Under the pieces are notes generated by a model. The model saw only the letters and a list, made by a program, of their open reading frames with translations. It ran no database searches and was not told the origin of the DNA. A stretch of 56,460 nt of DNA, filler included, from Streblomastix strix (Eukaryota), in the NCBI GenBank assembly GCA_008636045.1. It is 3 parts of 3 records of this genome, joined end to end, with 100 filler letters (N's around TTAATTAATTAA, not from the genome) between each part and the next. Parts side by side here need not be neighbours in the genome. Positions count along the whole stretch, not along the records: positions 1 to 18,805 come from SNRW01000583.1; positions 18,906 to 37,645 come from SNRW01000584.1; 1 more part is not named here. One strand, given 5' to 3'. Every line of letters starts with the position of its first letter. Within the stretch, counting starts at the first letter, position 1. Positions 14,383 through 27,763 of this stretch are shown here, one piece after another. The position numbers and the translations under genes were made by a program.

Positions 14383-17231
14383 TCAATATGGATCTAAGTT
14401 GCTATTGTGAATGAAGCAGTTCAGTATTTTGGCTTTAACCTCGTTTGCCCTAAACTTAATAATACCATGATATCCTTTATTATTCATTTATGCATCAATT
14501 TCTTCATTGGCTCCTTCTTCCTCTATTTGCTCAATAGATCTTTTTGCATGTAATGGAAGTGGTTGGAAGGATGAATTATTATCATTTCTCCCTACTTGTA
14601 GTTCTCTGAGGAACCAGCAGATGTCAAGCAATCCATTTCTGATCTCCAAATCCTGTTCCTCACCAGATCCACCTGCTGTACTAATTGTTATTACCATTAC
14701 TCTAGAATATCCAACATTTACAAGTTCAGATTAGACTTATGCATCACCTAATTCTTGAATAGACCTAAGATAATACCGACTTTTATTTCTTATTGAAAAT
14801 GTTTATAGATCATATTATTAATTTATATGAGTATTGATCTAGTATCTTGTAAGAATGGAAAGCGAATGAAGGGCGTTTAATATCTTAATAATTTCTTAAT
14901 ACACATTATTATCATCATTAAAAAGAATAAGAAGGTGATTAAGAGAAGAAATAATAAATGAAAGAGAAGATGTTTATTCTTACAACTATTAAATATCTTA
15001 TTCAAACGACTTATTTTCCTTATTTAATTGAGATTAGGATGCAAACTAAATAAGAATATGGGTAAGATGGAGAATAATATTATGGTCATTCTATAATATG
15101 TTTTTGAATTTATAATCATATCTTGATACTTCAGAAAGATATAAGAATACTGAAGATTTCAATTCTAGTATTGCAGAACTTTGTGGAACATTGACACATT
15201 ATTAACAATTTATGTTTGGTGGACAATTGAGATGAATAAGTATAAGAATTCTTTCTTTAATAATCTTAGTTATCTGATCTGGAATTCTTGTTTTATTATC
15301 TTAGCTATTTGGGTCTTTCTCTCTAATTAAAAGAATAGCTCTAATTAATTGGGCTTATCTTTTTATTTCTTTATTATTTTATTCATTCATAATTTTTTTA
15401 TTAACTTCTTATTTTAAGAGATCGATTGTATTAAATAAATTATTTAAATTCTTATCAATAACCTGAACATAAATATCAATCATTTATTAATCTTATTCTC
15501 TTCCTTTCATTAATTGAAAATGAATTCTTATTAATTGTTCAATTTCTTCAAAATGTTTCTTTTCTTTCTCAATTTTATCTATAATCACTTGTTCAATCCT
15601 ATTAATAATTCCAGAATTTTGCAAATTATTGAAGAAATAGTTATTACAGGGTGGTGAAAAAGTACGTAAATTGATATTTTCTAAAAGAAGACATATAATT
15701 ATATGAAATAATATGTATATATGAAATACACATTTTGAGTACTACATTTTATATACAATTCATTATTCTTCACATTTAGTCTGGTGAAGAGCGCCACATT
15801 GATTATATAATTTATATGCATATAAATTTTTAATTGGATAAATTAAAAAGTTTTGATAAGACTTTTTATTCATCAGAAAATTTTTTAATTTTTTTACAAA
15901 AATATATTTAGCAGATATATTTAATTTAATATTATTTAAATGAATGAATAATATTAAAGTTAAAATAAATTTGAACTATTAAATTTTAAATTTTTTTATT
16001 AAAAATTTATTGGAAAAAATCCCTATTTTTGAGTTTTTGGAAATGTGAGCAATTTAATTATATATGTTATATATTATATCATAAATGCATAAATAGTATA
16101 ATTATGTAATTAAAATATCATGAATGTTGATAGTTAGAAAGTAAATAAATATTTATTAAAAATTATTTGCATATAAATTATATAATCAATGTGGCGCTCT
16201 TCACCAGACTAAATGTGAAGAATAATGAATTGTATATAAAATGTAGTACTCAAAATGTGTATTTCATATATACATATTATTTCATACAATTATATGTCTT
16301 CTTTTAGAAAATGTCAATTTACGTACTTTTTCACCACCCTGTATCATCTTCTTATTATCCTTTTTCAGCAATTAATTCAATTATATCCAATAATATCTTC
16401 TCTATTCCAGTGGTAAAATTATTAATATAAGTTTGAATTAATTTGAATCCAACAATATTAAATATCTTTTTAAATTAATTCAAATCTTTCTTTTTCAATT
16501 CAATAAATATTTCTCTTAATTAAATTTCTTTCTCTTCATCATTTATTGTGTTAGATTCAATAATGGAATGAATATATTTCATTATTTGATGCAATTGATC
16601 TAAATAAAATTTTGGGATTTCTGTTTTTATTATTGGAATTTAAAAAAAATAAATAATTTTAATAAATAGAATATAAACTAAATAAGTTAATTTAATTAAT
16701 GAATATATTTTATTAATTACCTTTATGTTTAATCTCATGTTTTTCAGATTTGGAACCAGATTATGGTTTTATATTAATCTTTTATTATTTTTAATTCTCA
16801 GATTGTTGTTTGATTTCATCATTTGAGTGAAGTGAAATGATTTATGATTTTTAGTTATCTGATGCATTGATAGATTATGTTTAAGAATTGGTATTATGAG
16901 ATTATTTTAAATTTAAAGATGATTATTATTCTAATTCAGGTTATTTCAATTTACTGTTATTTTAAGGATCTTTTGATTAAATTTCTTTTGGAAATTGTTT
17001 ATTTGTTTATTCCTGTTAATTTATTTTAACAGAAGAAATCTGGTTTTCCTTTTAAACTAATATTCCTTTTGGTACTTTTCCAATATGTCCATCTTTCTCA
17101 ACTTTGAAATATTTATGCTTCTTCTTTATCAATCGAACCACATCACCTTTATTAACAGGAATATATTTTGTATTTCCTTCAATTCCAGAATAGTCAGCAA
17201 TCACTTCAAAATATTGACTTGGAATTGACAT
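14383..17231 (-). pseudogene. SH3 + linker + helical + STAGG/EQIEEEG-family gene disrupted by a MITE
   Basis: N-terminal SH3 (FEVIADYSG...IPVNKGDVVRLI...YFKVEKDGHIGKVPKGIL), intron 16720-16621, IHLNCPPNINC, and C-terminal STAGGSGEEQD...FQPLPLHAKRSIEQIEEEGANEEIDAQ, ending at TGA 14383. The frame is restored when 15647-16341 plus one TA is removed. Confidence 0.8.
15647..16341. mobile_element. Non-autonomous Tc1/mariner-type element (MITE), 695 bp
   Basis: 174-bp terminal inverted repeats (15647-15820 and 16168-16341; I saw 2 mismatches) begin CAGGGTGGTG. TA flanks both sides (15645-46, 16342-43). The AT-rich interior has no transposase. Confidence 0.92.
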
Positions 17232-18393
17232 TGACAAACTAAATGAATAAGAAAGAGCTAAATAAAAAAAGAATATTAAAAATAAGATTATTTAAAAATA
17301 TATATTATAAAATTGATTAAATATTGAAAATAATTGAACTTAAATTTGAAAATTAGATTTTGAATTGATAGGTAAATGGAATTTGTAGATTAGTTTGCTA
17401 TGAGAGTTGTGTGAATTAATCTAAAATTGGCTTTTATTAATTTAATTCATTATGCAGACAAACATAATTAAATATAAGTAGTGTGTCATTGTATAGCAAT
17501 CGAATATCAATGTGGAAAAGTTGTTAAATTAGTATGTAGCGGTCGTACTTCAGTTGTCAATATGTGCATGGTAGTTTATGGATAGTATAATCCATAAATT
17601 GATGATTTAAACCGATTTAACATTGTGTTGTTAGTAATAAACGCCGCAAATTGTGATGAAAGTCAAGTTGTTTGAAAAATGCATGGTGGTCATGTGAGAA
17701 AATGAGTATTATAGTAATGATTTATATAAAAAAATATAAAAATTTATATAATATTATATTTTATAGATACATGAGTAAATTTAAATCTACTTTAAGATTG
17801 AAATAACCAAAATTTGTGAATATTTGTTCAACAGCGTCAAGCTGTGGAAAAATTCATTTGGATAAGCTATATTGGTTATAAATTATTCTTAAATTTTATT
17901 TATCTAAAGGATTTTGCATCAAGTGCAAAAAATTATAATATTTCTCTAAAGTTAGAACAAAACATAAAAAAGCATTTTGTTAAATCATGATAGCAAATTT
18001 TTCATTTTCATTTTAATTACTTAATAGTAATTTATTTTTCATATTAATTTTTAATATGTAATTAAATGTTTTAATATTTGACTCTTTCATTTTTTACTTT
18101 TTCCTTTTTCAATACATATCTGCTGTTTTAAAAAATATATTGAATCAAAAAAATCTAATATTATTATTTAATTATTCTAGATTATTCCAAAATTTATATA
18201 TTAACAGCTATTACTAACCAATTTAAACTGATTTTAATTTTTCATTAATAAATCGCATTTTTCACAAGAATCAACTTTCAAACTTTGTTAAAATAGTATT
18301 TATTATATTCATTTTTTCTCATCTATACATAATTTCTCCCTCCTATATATATTTTCTATTATTATCGTTTTAATTTGTTTGACATTTAGAATT

Positions 18394-18805
18394 ATGTTGA
18401 TTAATAGAATATAAATTAGCTATTACAATGGGTCACTAAGACAATAGTTATCGAACACATCCTTTTATTCTCAGAAAACATTCTATCCTAAACCTCCCCT
18501 ATTTACAGGACCATGCAAAGCGATTCTTCCATTTATAGGAATCAATAATAAATAATAAATCATATATCAACATGAAACACCCAAATTTGATGATGAACCT
18601 GTAGACTCAAAAGTGTTGAATTTCGCAGCATTTTGTATTAGTAGAGTTCTGAATATAAATAATTAATAATCTGAAGAAATCAAGAAGTAATATTCCTAAG
18701 AAATGCAAATTAATGATTATTCATCAACTCAATAAATCCATTATCTATCAAAAGATGAAGTTACTTTTAATATTAATGCGATATAAGAAAAAATTGAAAG
18801 TATTC
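18394..18805 (+). CDS. Hypothetical protein, 5' part only (contig end)
   Basis: Frame from ATG 18394 is free of TGA to the gap (...YPKPPLFTGPCKAILPFIG...VDSKVLNFAAFCISRVLNI...). Confidence 0.5.
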
Positions 18806-18905
18806 NNNNNNNNNNNNNNNNNNNNNNNNNNNNNNNNNNNNNNNNNNNNTTAATTAATTAANNNNNNNNNNNNNNNNNNNNNNNNNNNNNNNNNNNNNNN
18901 NNNNN
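18806..18905. other. Artificial contig-joining linker (N44-TTAATTAATTAA-N44)
   Basis: 100-nt N spacer with a six-frame TAA linker; an identical one occurs at 37646. Confidence 0.97.
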
Positions 18906-19361
18906 ACTATATTCTCTATATGTCACTCTGATCGGATATAATTTTTTTTGATTAAAAGTCAAATGAATAGAATTTAATAATTTCTTGATTTGATTCTTAT
19001 CCTTTCATAATTCTTGAAAACATGCGTAGAAAAAAATTGGATTTGATTTACTTCCCTTACCTGTGACTAGCAGTATATTGTCCAAATTATTCTTTTAAAA
19101 TGCAATATCCCCGTCGTAAAGAGCTAAGTAAAATTCCGGTAAGATGTGTACTTTGAATATCTTTTGTATGTCATTGTTTTTTAATTATTAACAAATCTAT
19201 TGTAGCTTGAAAAAACCATCTTGTGAGTTTTAATTTATAATTGATGATATATCTTTACGTATCTAACTTGGATGTGCTGTATCTTTCGAATAGTCTGCTT
19301 GTAATTAGTCCAAATCTACTATGGAATTGTTATAATGTATTGGAAGGTTGCCTATATCCAT
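18906..19361 (-). CDS. Hypothetical protein fragment
   Basis: ATG 19361 (MDIGNLPIHYNNSIVDLDQLQ...). An in-frame TGA at 19005-19007 is followed by further open sequence to the gap. Confidence 0.35.
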
Positions 19362-20271
19362 AAAAATGCTACATGAAAGAAAAGAGAAAAATAGGCATAA
19401 ATTTGAAAAAAATTATTTAAAAGAATGGAAATGTATGGCTTGTAAATAGGGAAATATGGAAAAAATTTTGTTTCTGTGTAGAAGACGAGACGGGAAGAAA
19501 ATAATGTGATATATTATAATAATACATTATGAATAATACGATTAAGTGGAATAAATATAATAAATGTCGATATTTTCATAAAATTTCAAAAATGATAAAT
19601 ATTTCATTTAAAAATTAGTAATTAATCGAATTTAAAAATATTTATTTAAAAATTTAAATTTTTTAATAAAAAAAAATAAAGAGTATTTATGATTAAATTT
19701 TAAAATTTAAGGTTATTTTAGTTCATTTAAAGGATTTTTTTAAATTTTTTAAAATTATTAATTTCAAAAAAAATTTTTCAATTTTAAATCGAAAATTTAT
19801 TTTAATAAAAATATTTTTAGTAAAATAATTTTTATTTTTAAATAAAAATTATTAAAATAATTTTTTATCTAAATTATCATTAAAAATTGTATGAAATATT
19901 GTTATAGGGTTTTAATAATTAGTTTTCATTTTTATTTATACAATAAATAAGAAAAATTCATTTAAAGATCACTTTGGATTAAAAGAATTTCTAACTGTTT
20001 AAGCCAAATCTTATCAATATAACTAAACGAATTCTTGCATTCTTCATTATCATACATTTCTTTCTAAATTTATACGTAATCATCATATTACTATTTTAGA
20101 TCTGAAAAGATAACTAATTTCATTTACTCACATGCTTCTTCAGCATTATCCAAATTACCAAGTCGTAGTATTGCTGTTTATTTAACATTTGTAATTAAAT
20201 GCCATCGACAATTCAGATGATAGAATAAATAACTGAATTCTACATTAAGTTTTATTTATTTATTTTCTTAG

Positions 20272-22276
20272 AAGATCTGAACATAAATGCATTATAATTT
20301 AAGAAATGATAGTTTTCAAATAATTGTGTCAAAACTGGACAATAGCGGAATATCATAAGGTTTATTTTGTTTAAAATACATTATTATTCAATTTAAATAT
20401 TTATTATTTAATCAAAAAATAAGATTCGCAGACAACTTATACCGAAACCTGGCGAAGTCAATTCATTTTATCGGTTTTTATTTAAGTTATTAATAATAAT
20501 TCATTTCAGTTCGTATTTAATTACTAATAATATTAATTTTTATAATTAATTTATAGATGCGATGATTTGAATCTTGGAATGGATGTAGAAATCTATGGAG
20601 TTATATATCACATTGTCGATTGTGATGAATTCACAAAGGTATTTATATTTATTTTATTATTTTATTTATTAATAATATATAATATATTTAGATATACAAT
20701 ATATTAAATAGAACTTCATTAATCGTGTTGAAATCCAATTGAATAGAAATGAAGAATTTCCATATGAACTATTCCTTGTTAATTAAGAGAAGATGAAACC
20801 TCATCCAAGAACAACTACTACTCAAGTATAATATTATTGAATATAAATAAATATTTATTATATAAAAATATTATTTATAAATAAATTATTAATTATACAA
20901 TGTTATTAATTATATATAATTTAGGATCCAGAGAAACTTTTACTGAGATAATTCTTGAGAAATGATAGAAAAGTTCTTCATTTCTATGCTGTATGATAAT
21001 AATAATTAATATATTATAATTTTAATAAATATATTCATATATTTTATAATATATTCATATTTGAATAGGATTTGGATAACAAAAATGAATCATTTGGAGA
21101 CATGCGTCAATTTGCAATCCAATATTATTTGTCGGATGATACAACACGAGTAAATGAAGTATATAAAAATAATAGTGGATATTTAGAATTCCCAACATTC
21201 TGTCGTAGATAAAGGATTCCTAAGAAAGTATAAGGTGTTATTATGGATGAACCAAGAACAGCAACAATAATTGTAGCTGATTTAATGATTGGAAGAACAG
21301 TTAATATATTTAATCAACCTTTACTATTATATGATTATGATGAATATACTGAGAATTATTATCGTACCGCCTATGGAATAACTGAATTCTCTCACGTTAA
21401 ACTTCCTGATTTAATCAATATTGCCTCTGAATCTGTATGAATATATATAATATTTTCAATTATTTATATATATTCATTCGAATATAATCTGTTCTTATAA
21501 TTAGCCAATTCCACACTGAGATAGATTAGAAACTGAAGAAAATACGATGGAGAATGTAAAGACATTTGAATATATTATTATATATGAATATTATTATAAT
21601 GTATTGAATTCATTTCCTGGAAATGATACACTTCCTATGTTTAAACATTTTGATGGGTATATATGAATAATATTAATAATAATATAATTAGAATTTAAAT
21701 GAATAATTAAATTAAATTAATTAATTAATTATAATATAATATAATATATTTATTATGTAATACATATAATAGGAATTCAGAAATTGTAAGTTCTTGAATT
21801 GAATGAGAGTTAAACTAGATGATGGAGATGGAGAATCATATTTGAAAACGAAAGATTTGAATGTTAGTTAAGTGTATCATATATTAGGAAAACACCTCTT
21901 ATTGTATGATAGTGAAGATTTCACTCTTCATTACAAATTGGGTAATAAAAGACCAGATCAATTAGTGCAACTTCCAATGTTACCTGGATATCCAACGGAA
22001 ATTAATGTAGATAGATTTATTGCAGAAGTTAAGACATGCGTGAGAGAAGTTGGAGTTAGTCCAGAAGAAATTGCTGCTCAATGTGAAGCACCTGGAACCA
22101 AATGAGAATGTATGAATACTTGTAATCTTATTTAAATTATAAATTATATTTAAATTATTTAATATTATTATTTATATACAAAACAGACATTCCTTGGTCT
22201 GACATCGCTTCTTGATCCAGACATGACATACACTGCATCGAAACAGCAATTCATAGATGTGATGTCACAGCCGTGA
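20272..22276 (+). pseudogene. EFHC1/EFHC2 (Rib72-like) axonemal DM10-domain gene; intron-containing decayed copy
   Basis: DM10 motifs DDLNLGMDVEIYGVIYHIVDCDEFTK, LRQFLRNDRKVLHFYA...FGDMRQFAIQYYLSDDT...NSG...FPTFCRRQRIPK and DLMIGRTVNIFNQPLLLYDYDEYTENYY. In-frame TGA at 21517, 21800 and 22103, an apparent frameshift near 20300, and no N-terminus. Confidence 0.8.
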
Positions 22277-23089
22277 AGTGTAAATGGTAGTTATAGTTTC
22301 CTCTCTTACAATATTTTACACTATACTCTCTAAAATTTATTAATTGTTTTGTTTTATTAATAACACATTATTTATTTAAAATATAATTATAATTTTATAA
22401 TAAAATAAATTCAAATTAAACAATTTAAATTAATATTCATCAAAAAAATTGATCATTTTTTAAAAAATACAAATTATCTGAAATTATCAATCAAACACTT
22501 AATTAAAAAATAAATAAATGAAAATTGTTGAATTTTATTATATAAATATTATATTAATCAATTTAACTAAAAAATATAATTAAATAAAAAAATAATAAAA
22601 TTTTTATATTTTTAAATTTTTTTATACTAAGAAGAAGTTTCTTAACTTAAAATTTATTAATATATTTAATGTTATAAATATTTGTTTTAATTTCATTATC
22701 AAATATTTAAGTTCCCAGAAAACCACTATTTTGTGGAATTAGTCAAAATCGCACTCATATTCATTTCATAAAGAAAATAATCAATAAGAAATTTCAATGC
22801 CTATCTCTATTGCAAAAAAAATAAATAAATAAAAAAGATATCAGAATTATTATTCAATTAAAAATAAATATAATTAATATACTTCTCAATGTTTAATCTT
22901 ATATTCAAATATTATCAATTCTAATTATTTCCTATCAAAATAATCAGATAAATTCCAATTTTATGGCACAAATATTTATTATAAATGTAAACAAATTCAA
23001 TTCATCAAATAAACTTATAGGTTACACTATTTTAACTATTATTATTGATGTTATTACATCTTTTCATAAATAATAATATAAATTAAATA

Positions 23090-23578
23090 AATGAAAAAGA
23101 GATTATTGAATTAAGTATAATAAATATTCCTCCGGGTTATAAACTACCTCCTAAAGAGATAGTGAACTCTTCGATTGTTTATTGACTCTCAGGGCACCCG
23201 CCAATGGGCCCAGCCAGAAAAAGTCTTTGCATGCCAGAAAATGAATAATAATCATGTTTATCGCAAGAGCAAGGCCCCTCGACTTACGACGAAAACAGGA
23301 AAGCACTTTTAGTGTTAACATTCATGCCCAATCCTGAAATTGAGGCCTTATTAGCGGACTAAAGTTTTGTCCCACCGACAATCGACAAGGACGACTCCCA
23401 TTTTATAGAAAAGTTGGATGCACTCAAGATATACATGATAAGTAAACAAATGGCTTTCGAGGACCTAATCTAGCTATTCCATAGTTTTAATTTTGCGAAG
23501 ATTCCCGGCTTAGAAATTCGCCCAGCTCGCCCGCCCGCTTAATTCGCCCTGGGTGAATTGCAAATTTTGAACTAATGA
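23090..23578 (+). pseudogene. Relatively GC-rich coding-like fragment with one in-frame TGA
   Basis: NEKEIIELSIINIPPGYKLPP...VY*LSGHPP...NPEIEALLADQSFVPPTIDKDDSHFIEKLDALK, with TGA at 23183. No family recognised. Confidence 0.3.
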
Positions 23579-26570
23579 TTTGCGATTTCAAAACTATTCA
23601 ATATTTGTTGTTATTTAAAACCTTGACATTTTTAGAGTTTTTGAAACAATTGAAGCTACAGATACAAATTAATGTTAGAAAAAATAATTTACAAGATAAT
23701 TTTGTGGTTTATTTTCATAACTTCTTTAAATTTTCATAATAAAATTATTATTATAGTCTATGAATGATTTTAATTTGTTATATGTAATTATAAATATCAA
23801 TTTCGTTAATTTTAAATTCTAACTTAAATTTCAAATTTTTCAAGCAAATATTAAATAAACATATATATTTATTATATAAAAATTATTAAAGTTTAATAAT
23901 AATTATGAAAATTATTATTTTATTATAAAATTTATTTTGATTTACGAAATAAACGCTTTATGAAAAATTTTAAACAAATATTTAAATATTTACTATGAAT
24001 AACATCAAATATAACCCTTGAGTTTTAAATATTTATTAAAATTATAAATATTTTATTTTTTTTATTATTTTTTAGAAGTTGTTATGATCATGGAAATATA
24101 TTTGATGCAAAAACAGTATTCTTCAACTTTAGGCATGATTTTAAATTAAAATTGTTAGTAAAATTCTTTAAGTTTTAAATATTAATAAATTAATTAATTA
24201 GTACTATTTTATCGTTAATAAATAGCTTCTTATCAAAATTCAATGATTGTAATGTAAACATTATTAAGACACTAAAGTAAGAGATCAAATTAAAATGCAA
24301 TATTGAAAATATTTAAAAGAAAATTTCACATTGGATTTAATTTAGATTATTCATTAAAATATATTAGTGGGGTAAAAATAAATAAATTTATTAACAATAA
24401 GAGGTTGAATATAAGATGGAACTATAATAAATTCATCAGTAGAATGATTAGAAAAATAAAGTTAATAATAAAACATGGTTCTATTGTTTGAGATTAATAA
24501 ACTTTAACTAATATCAATTCATTCATTAACATCAACGTACCGTTTATTTCGGTTACATTTTCTTTATCACCAATATAGTTATTTGTTTCATTAGCTGTAT
24601 TTGCATCATCACCAAGATTAATTCCATCACTTTTTGCAATTAGAAAAAAAGAAATATGAAATATGGAAAAATAATAAATTCAAAAAATGATAAATATTGA
24701 TGGAATTCAGAAGGTGAAGACATATCTTATTAAACAGAATAGTGAATATTAACAATTGCATCAGCATCATCCTTACGTCCACCATCAACATCTTTATCAT
24801 ATATAACATTATTATTATCTAAATCATTATTTTTCACATCATCGTCCATATTGAATTAATTATGATTCATCATTTCATTTTCTACCGTTAATATTATCGA
24901 CTGTTGCAACAAAGACAAAAAAAGGATTAATTCCTGAACCAAAAAGTTCAATTTCAATATAAATTAGTGAAATTCATACAATTTTCCTATTACATCCATG
25001 TATAACATTTTAACTAACCATTTAAACTCATTTCATGTTAGATTAGCTTTATCAATATTCTCAAATTTATATTATTCAATTAATGTTAGATTATTTTAAT
25101 TACTTGTTGAATATGTAGTTATATTCGTTTAATGTGTGAATATAAGACTTAATTCAAAGCGTGAAGGTATTGTTATGGGATTTGATAAACGTATATATAT
25201 TAAAACTTCCATTAAAAACAAAAAATATTACAAAATTTAAACTAAATCAATACGAATTAATTATTATCTACATATTTAAAAAAACATCCAACTGAATAAA
25301 AGGTGATATAATGAATAATTTCATAAATATGTTTTTTTGTTGATTATTTCCATTTTTTATTATATTAAATTCGCCCAAAATATTTTAATCACCCGCCCGG
25401 CTGAAGCACTCTGGGCAAGTTTGACTACCCTAAGTTGCATCAATAAAAATAGACATAATGAATAAATAACTAGTGAGAAAACAACAAGAGAAAAATACGA
25501 AATTTTTAATCATTTAACAATATAAGCATGATATGGTTTGGCTGTCTCTAATGTCCAAAGCCAGACATTTTCAAACCTTAGGACAAAAGCTTGGCACTAT
25601 TTAAATTTTTACTTTCTAATTTTTGCACTGTTCTGACTAATAATATAATAAATAAATTAGTATATATTTACATAAATGAAATTAATATATAATATTTAAA
25701 ATAAAGTTCTTTGTGGGTGATCAAAATTCCAGAAAAATGCCGTAATGTTGAAATCCCGGACATTGGAATGTCTCGGACATACATGTCTCAGATACTTATC
25801 TTTGGCCTATCTTTCCCTAGAATAGTTATTTCTCAGCAAACACTTTGCTTCAACAGACTTTTAACTGCATGAATTTATTAAATATAAATAAATATAAGTA
25901 AAATTATATATTAAAACGAATTTTAAACAAATATATTTAACAAAATACAGTTCAAAACAAGCCAAAAATGTTTAAATGTGCATATATTCATTCTTTATTT
26001 TCTTCATTTTCATCATATTTCTTAATAAAATTTCATTCCTTTTCTCATTTTTTGATTAATTGAGCATTCTTGGCATATATTTCATACTAATTGAAATAAA
26101 ATAAAATAATGATACTATGATATATATAATAAAAAATATAAAAAGATAATTAAAATAAATTGTTATATTTCAAACAAATTAGTAATTTTTCCAATATTCA
26201 TATACCTGAGAATAAATCTATCCAGAATTCAATTGCTGATTTATTGGCAAAGAAACGAGAAATTCTTCCTTTTTTCTTGGCTAACGCTTTTTAAAAGAAA
26301 GCATATCTCAATAAAAAAATTATATTTAAGTGGGTTACATTAAGATTTGAGTGCTCTATAGTGTTTTTTCTGCAAAAAATATAAGAATTGTAGAAGAGGG
26401 AGCTTTCAAAAATGTTGATATTGATCCAGCATGACTAACTAACTGTATAACAAAATAGACTTTAAATAGTAAAACTAGATTTGGAATTAAACTTATCATA
26501 ATTGACACTAAATATCCTCGTAACTCAAATTAGAAATGTCTATTATTCTCATTCAAGTCTTTAATAAATA

Positions 26571-27030
26571 TCCAATGAAGAGTTCTTTAATTTGCTTGAA
26601 ATTACAAGTGTCTTTCCTGGGGTAAATTTCTATTTGGTAATAGCGCTTCTTGACAAACAATCCAATATTGTGCTAGAACCGGCTAATGTGCAACCATGCC
26701 CAAATCATTTTACTCTTATTGTAAGGCACCATCAGTAGGAACTTAAAGAACTTAAATTGTATTTTGCATATGAACTTGAGTGCTATGAAGATCTTCTGAT
26801 CTAGAAAGCTAAAGACTTAATATTTATTGGATATGGAAGTTCATAAATTGGATGTTGTGTTATATTCCTCACATCAAGTACTTTTACTTTAGAACAAGAC
26901 ATCAATCAGAATTGCATTAACGAAAATACATTTAAAATGTAAATTTCATAATCATTCATCAATTCAATTAAATAAGCATATGATAATTAGCGAATAGGGT
27001 TCAACTTACGCCCAAGTACAATAATCTAAT
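26571..27030 (+). pseudogene. Truncated paralog of the pseudokinase domain of the 27764-36753 gene
   Basis: SNEEFFNLLEITSVFPGVNFYLVIALLDKQSNIVLE...FTLIVRHH...AKDLIFIGY...GCCVIFLTSSTFTLE...IGFNLRPSTII aligns by eye with PNIEFFASLNISSIFPNTRFFVVIAHLDQDSNIILE...FALIIRHH...AQDLAYIGF...GCYVVFLTSSTLTLE...IGFDLRPNTIL. Confidence 0.75.
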
Positions 27031-27763
27031 CAAATCATTTCATAAGGATTTATTTTATTTATTTTTGAAATTTTTTTATCAGATTTGTTTGTAATATAAT
27101 AAATATCATAGTTATTAATATTAATTGATTCAAGTTGTATATTTAAATCAATATTGTTATTAATATATAGATCATAGCAATAAATATTATATTATATATC
27201 ACTTTATTTATTTCATACATGATAATAAATTACTATTGAGAAAAAATTTGAGTTAAATATCTTATTAAAATATGATAACAAAACATCAGTTTGATTTACA
27301 AGTTAAAATACGATGAAGTGACTCTAAATGCATTTCTGTATTCCTGTTAAATCATTGAATGTATCATTATATCAAAAACTCATTCATTCTTTAAAGAAGA
27401 TTAAATAGTCATTATTCAAATTCAAAAACAATTTTCTATTCTTCTTATTATTTATATTCTTCTTATATTTATTCTTCTTCTTTCTTATTATTGAAATCTT
27501 GAGATTAAAATGTTGGTTTGATTTCATTATTCAATTTATTGGAGATTTGAGAATATGAATATTAAGAAGAATAAGATTATTATGATGAATATGAATTGAG
27601 TATATAATAAATATTTATGAGAATATAATAAGTATGAATATAATGAAGAAAAAAATTCTCAAAATAAATAAAAATAAAAATTGAATAGTATAAATAAAGT
27701 AAAATTAAGTATGATTGTTTTCTTTTAAATATTTATTTATTTATTATTTTTGTATTTATAAAT

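Noticed and set aside
15647..16341. MITE acting as a spliceable intron (introner)
   Set aside because: The GT donors before the TIR-encoded TGA are phase 2, while the AG acceptors I checked in the far TIR require phase 0 or 1. I found no frame-restoring pair; RNA-seq would settle it.
18850..18861. TTAATTAATTAA palindrome between N runs (also at 37690-37701)
   Set aside because: It is a synthetic concatenation linker, so gene neighbourhoods across it are meaningless.
23090..23210. TAF6 similarity (EKE...IIN.P...P...WL)
   Set aside because: The match is too short and gapped to support a call without a profile search.
24480..25200. Intact minus-strand gene
   Set aside because: It is coding-like D/N-rich sequence but has a TGA and frame changes and no recognisable domain, so it is probably a relic.
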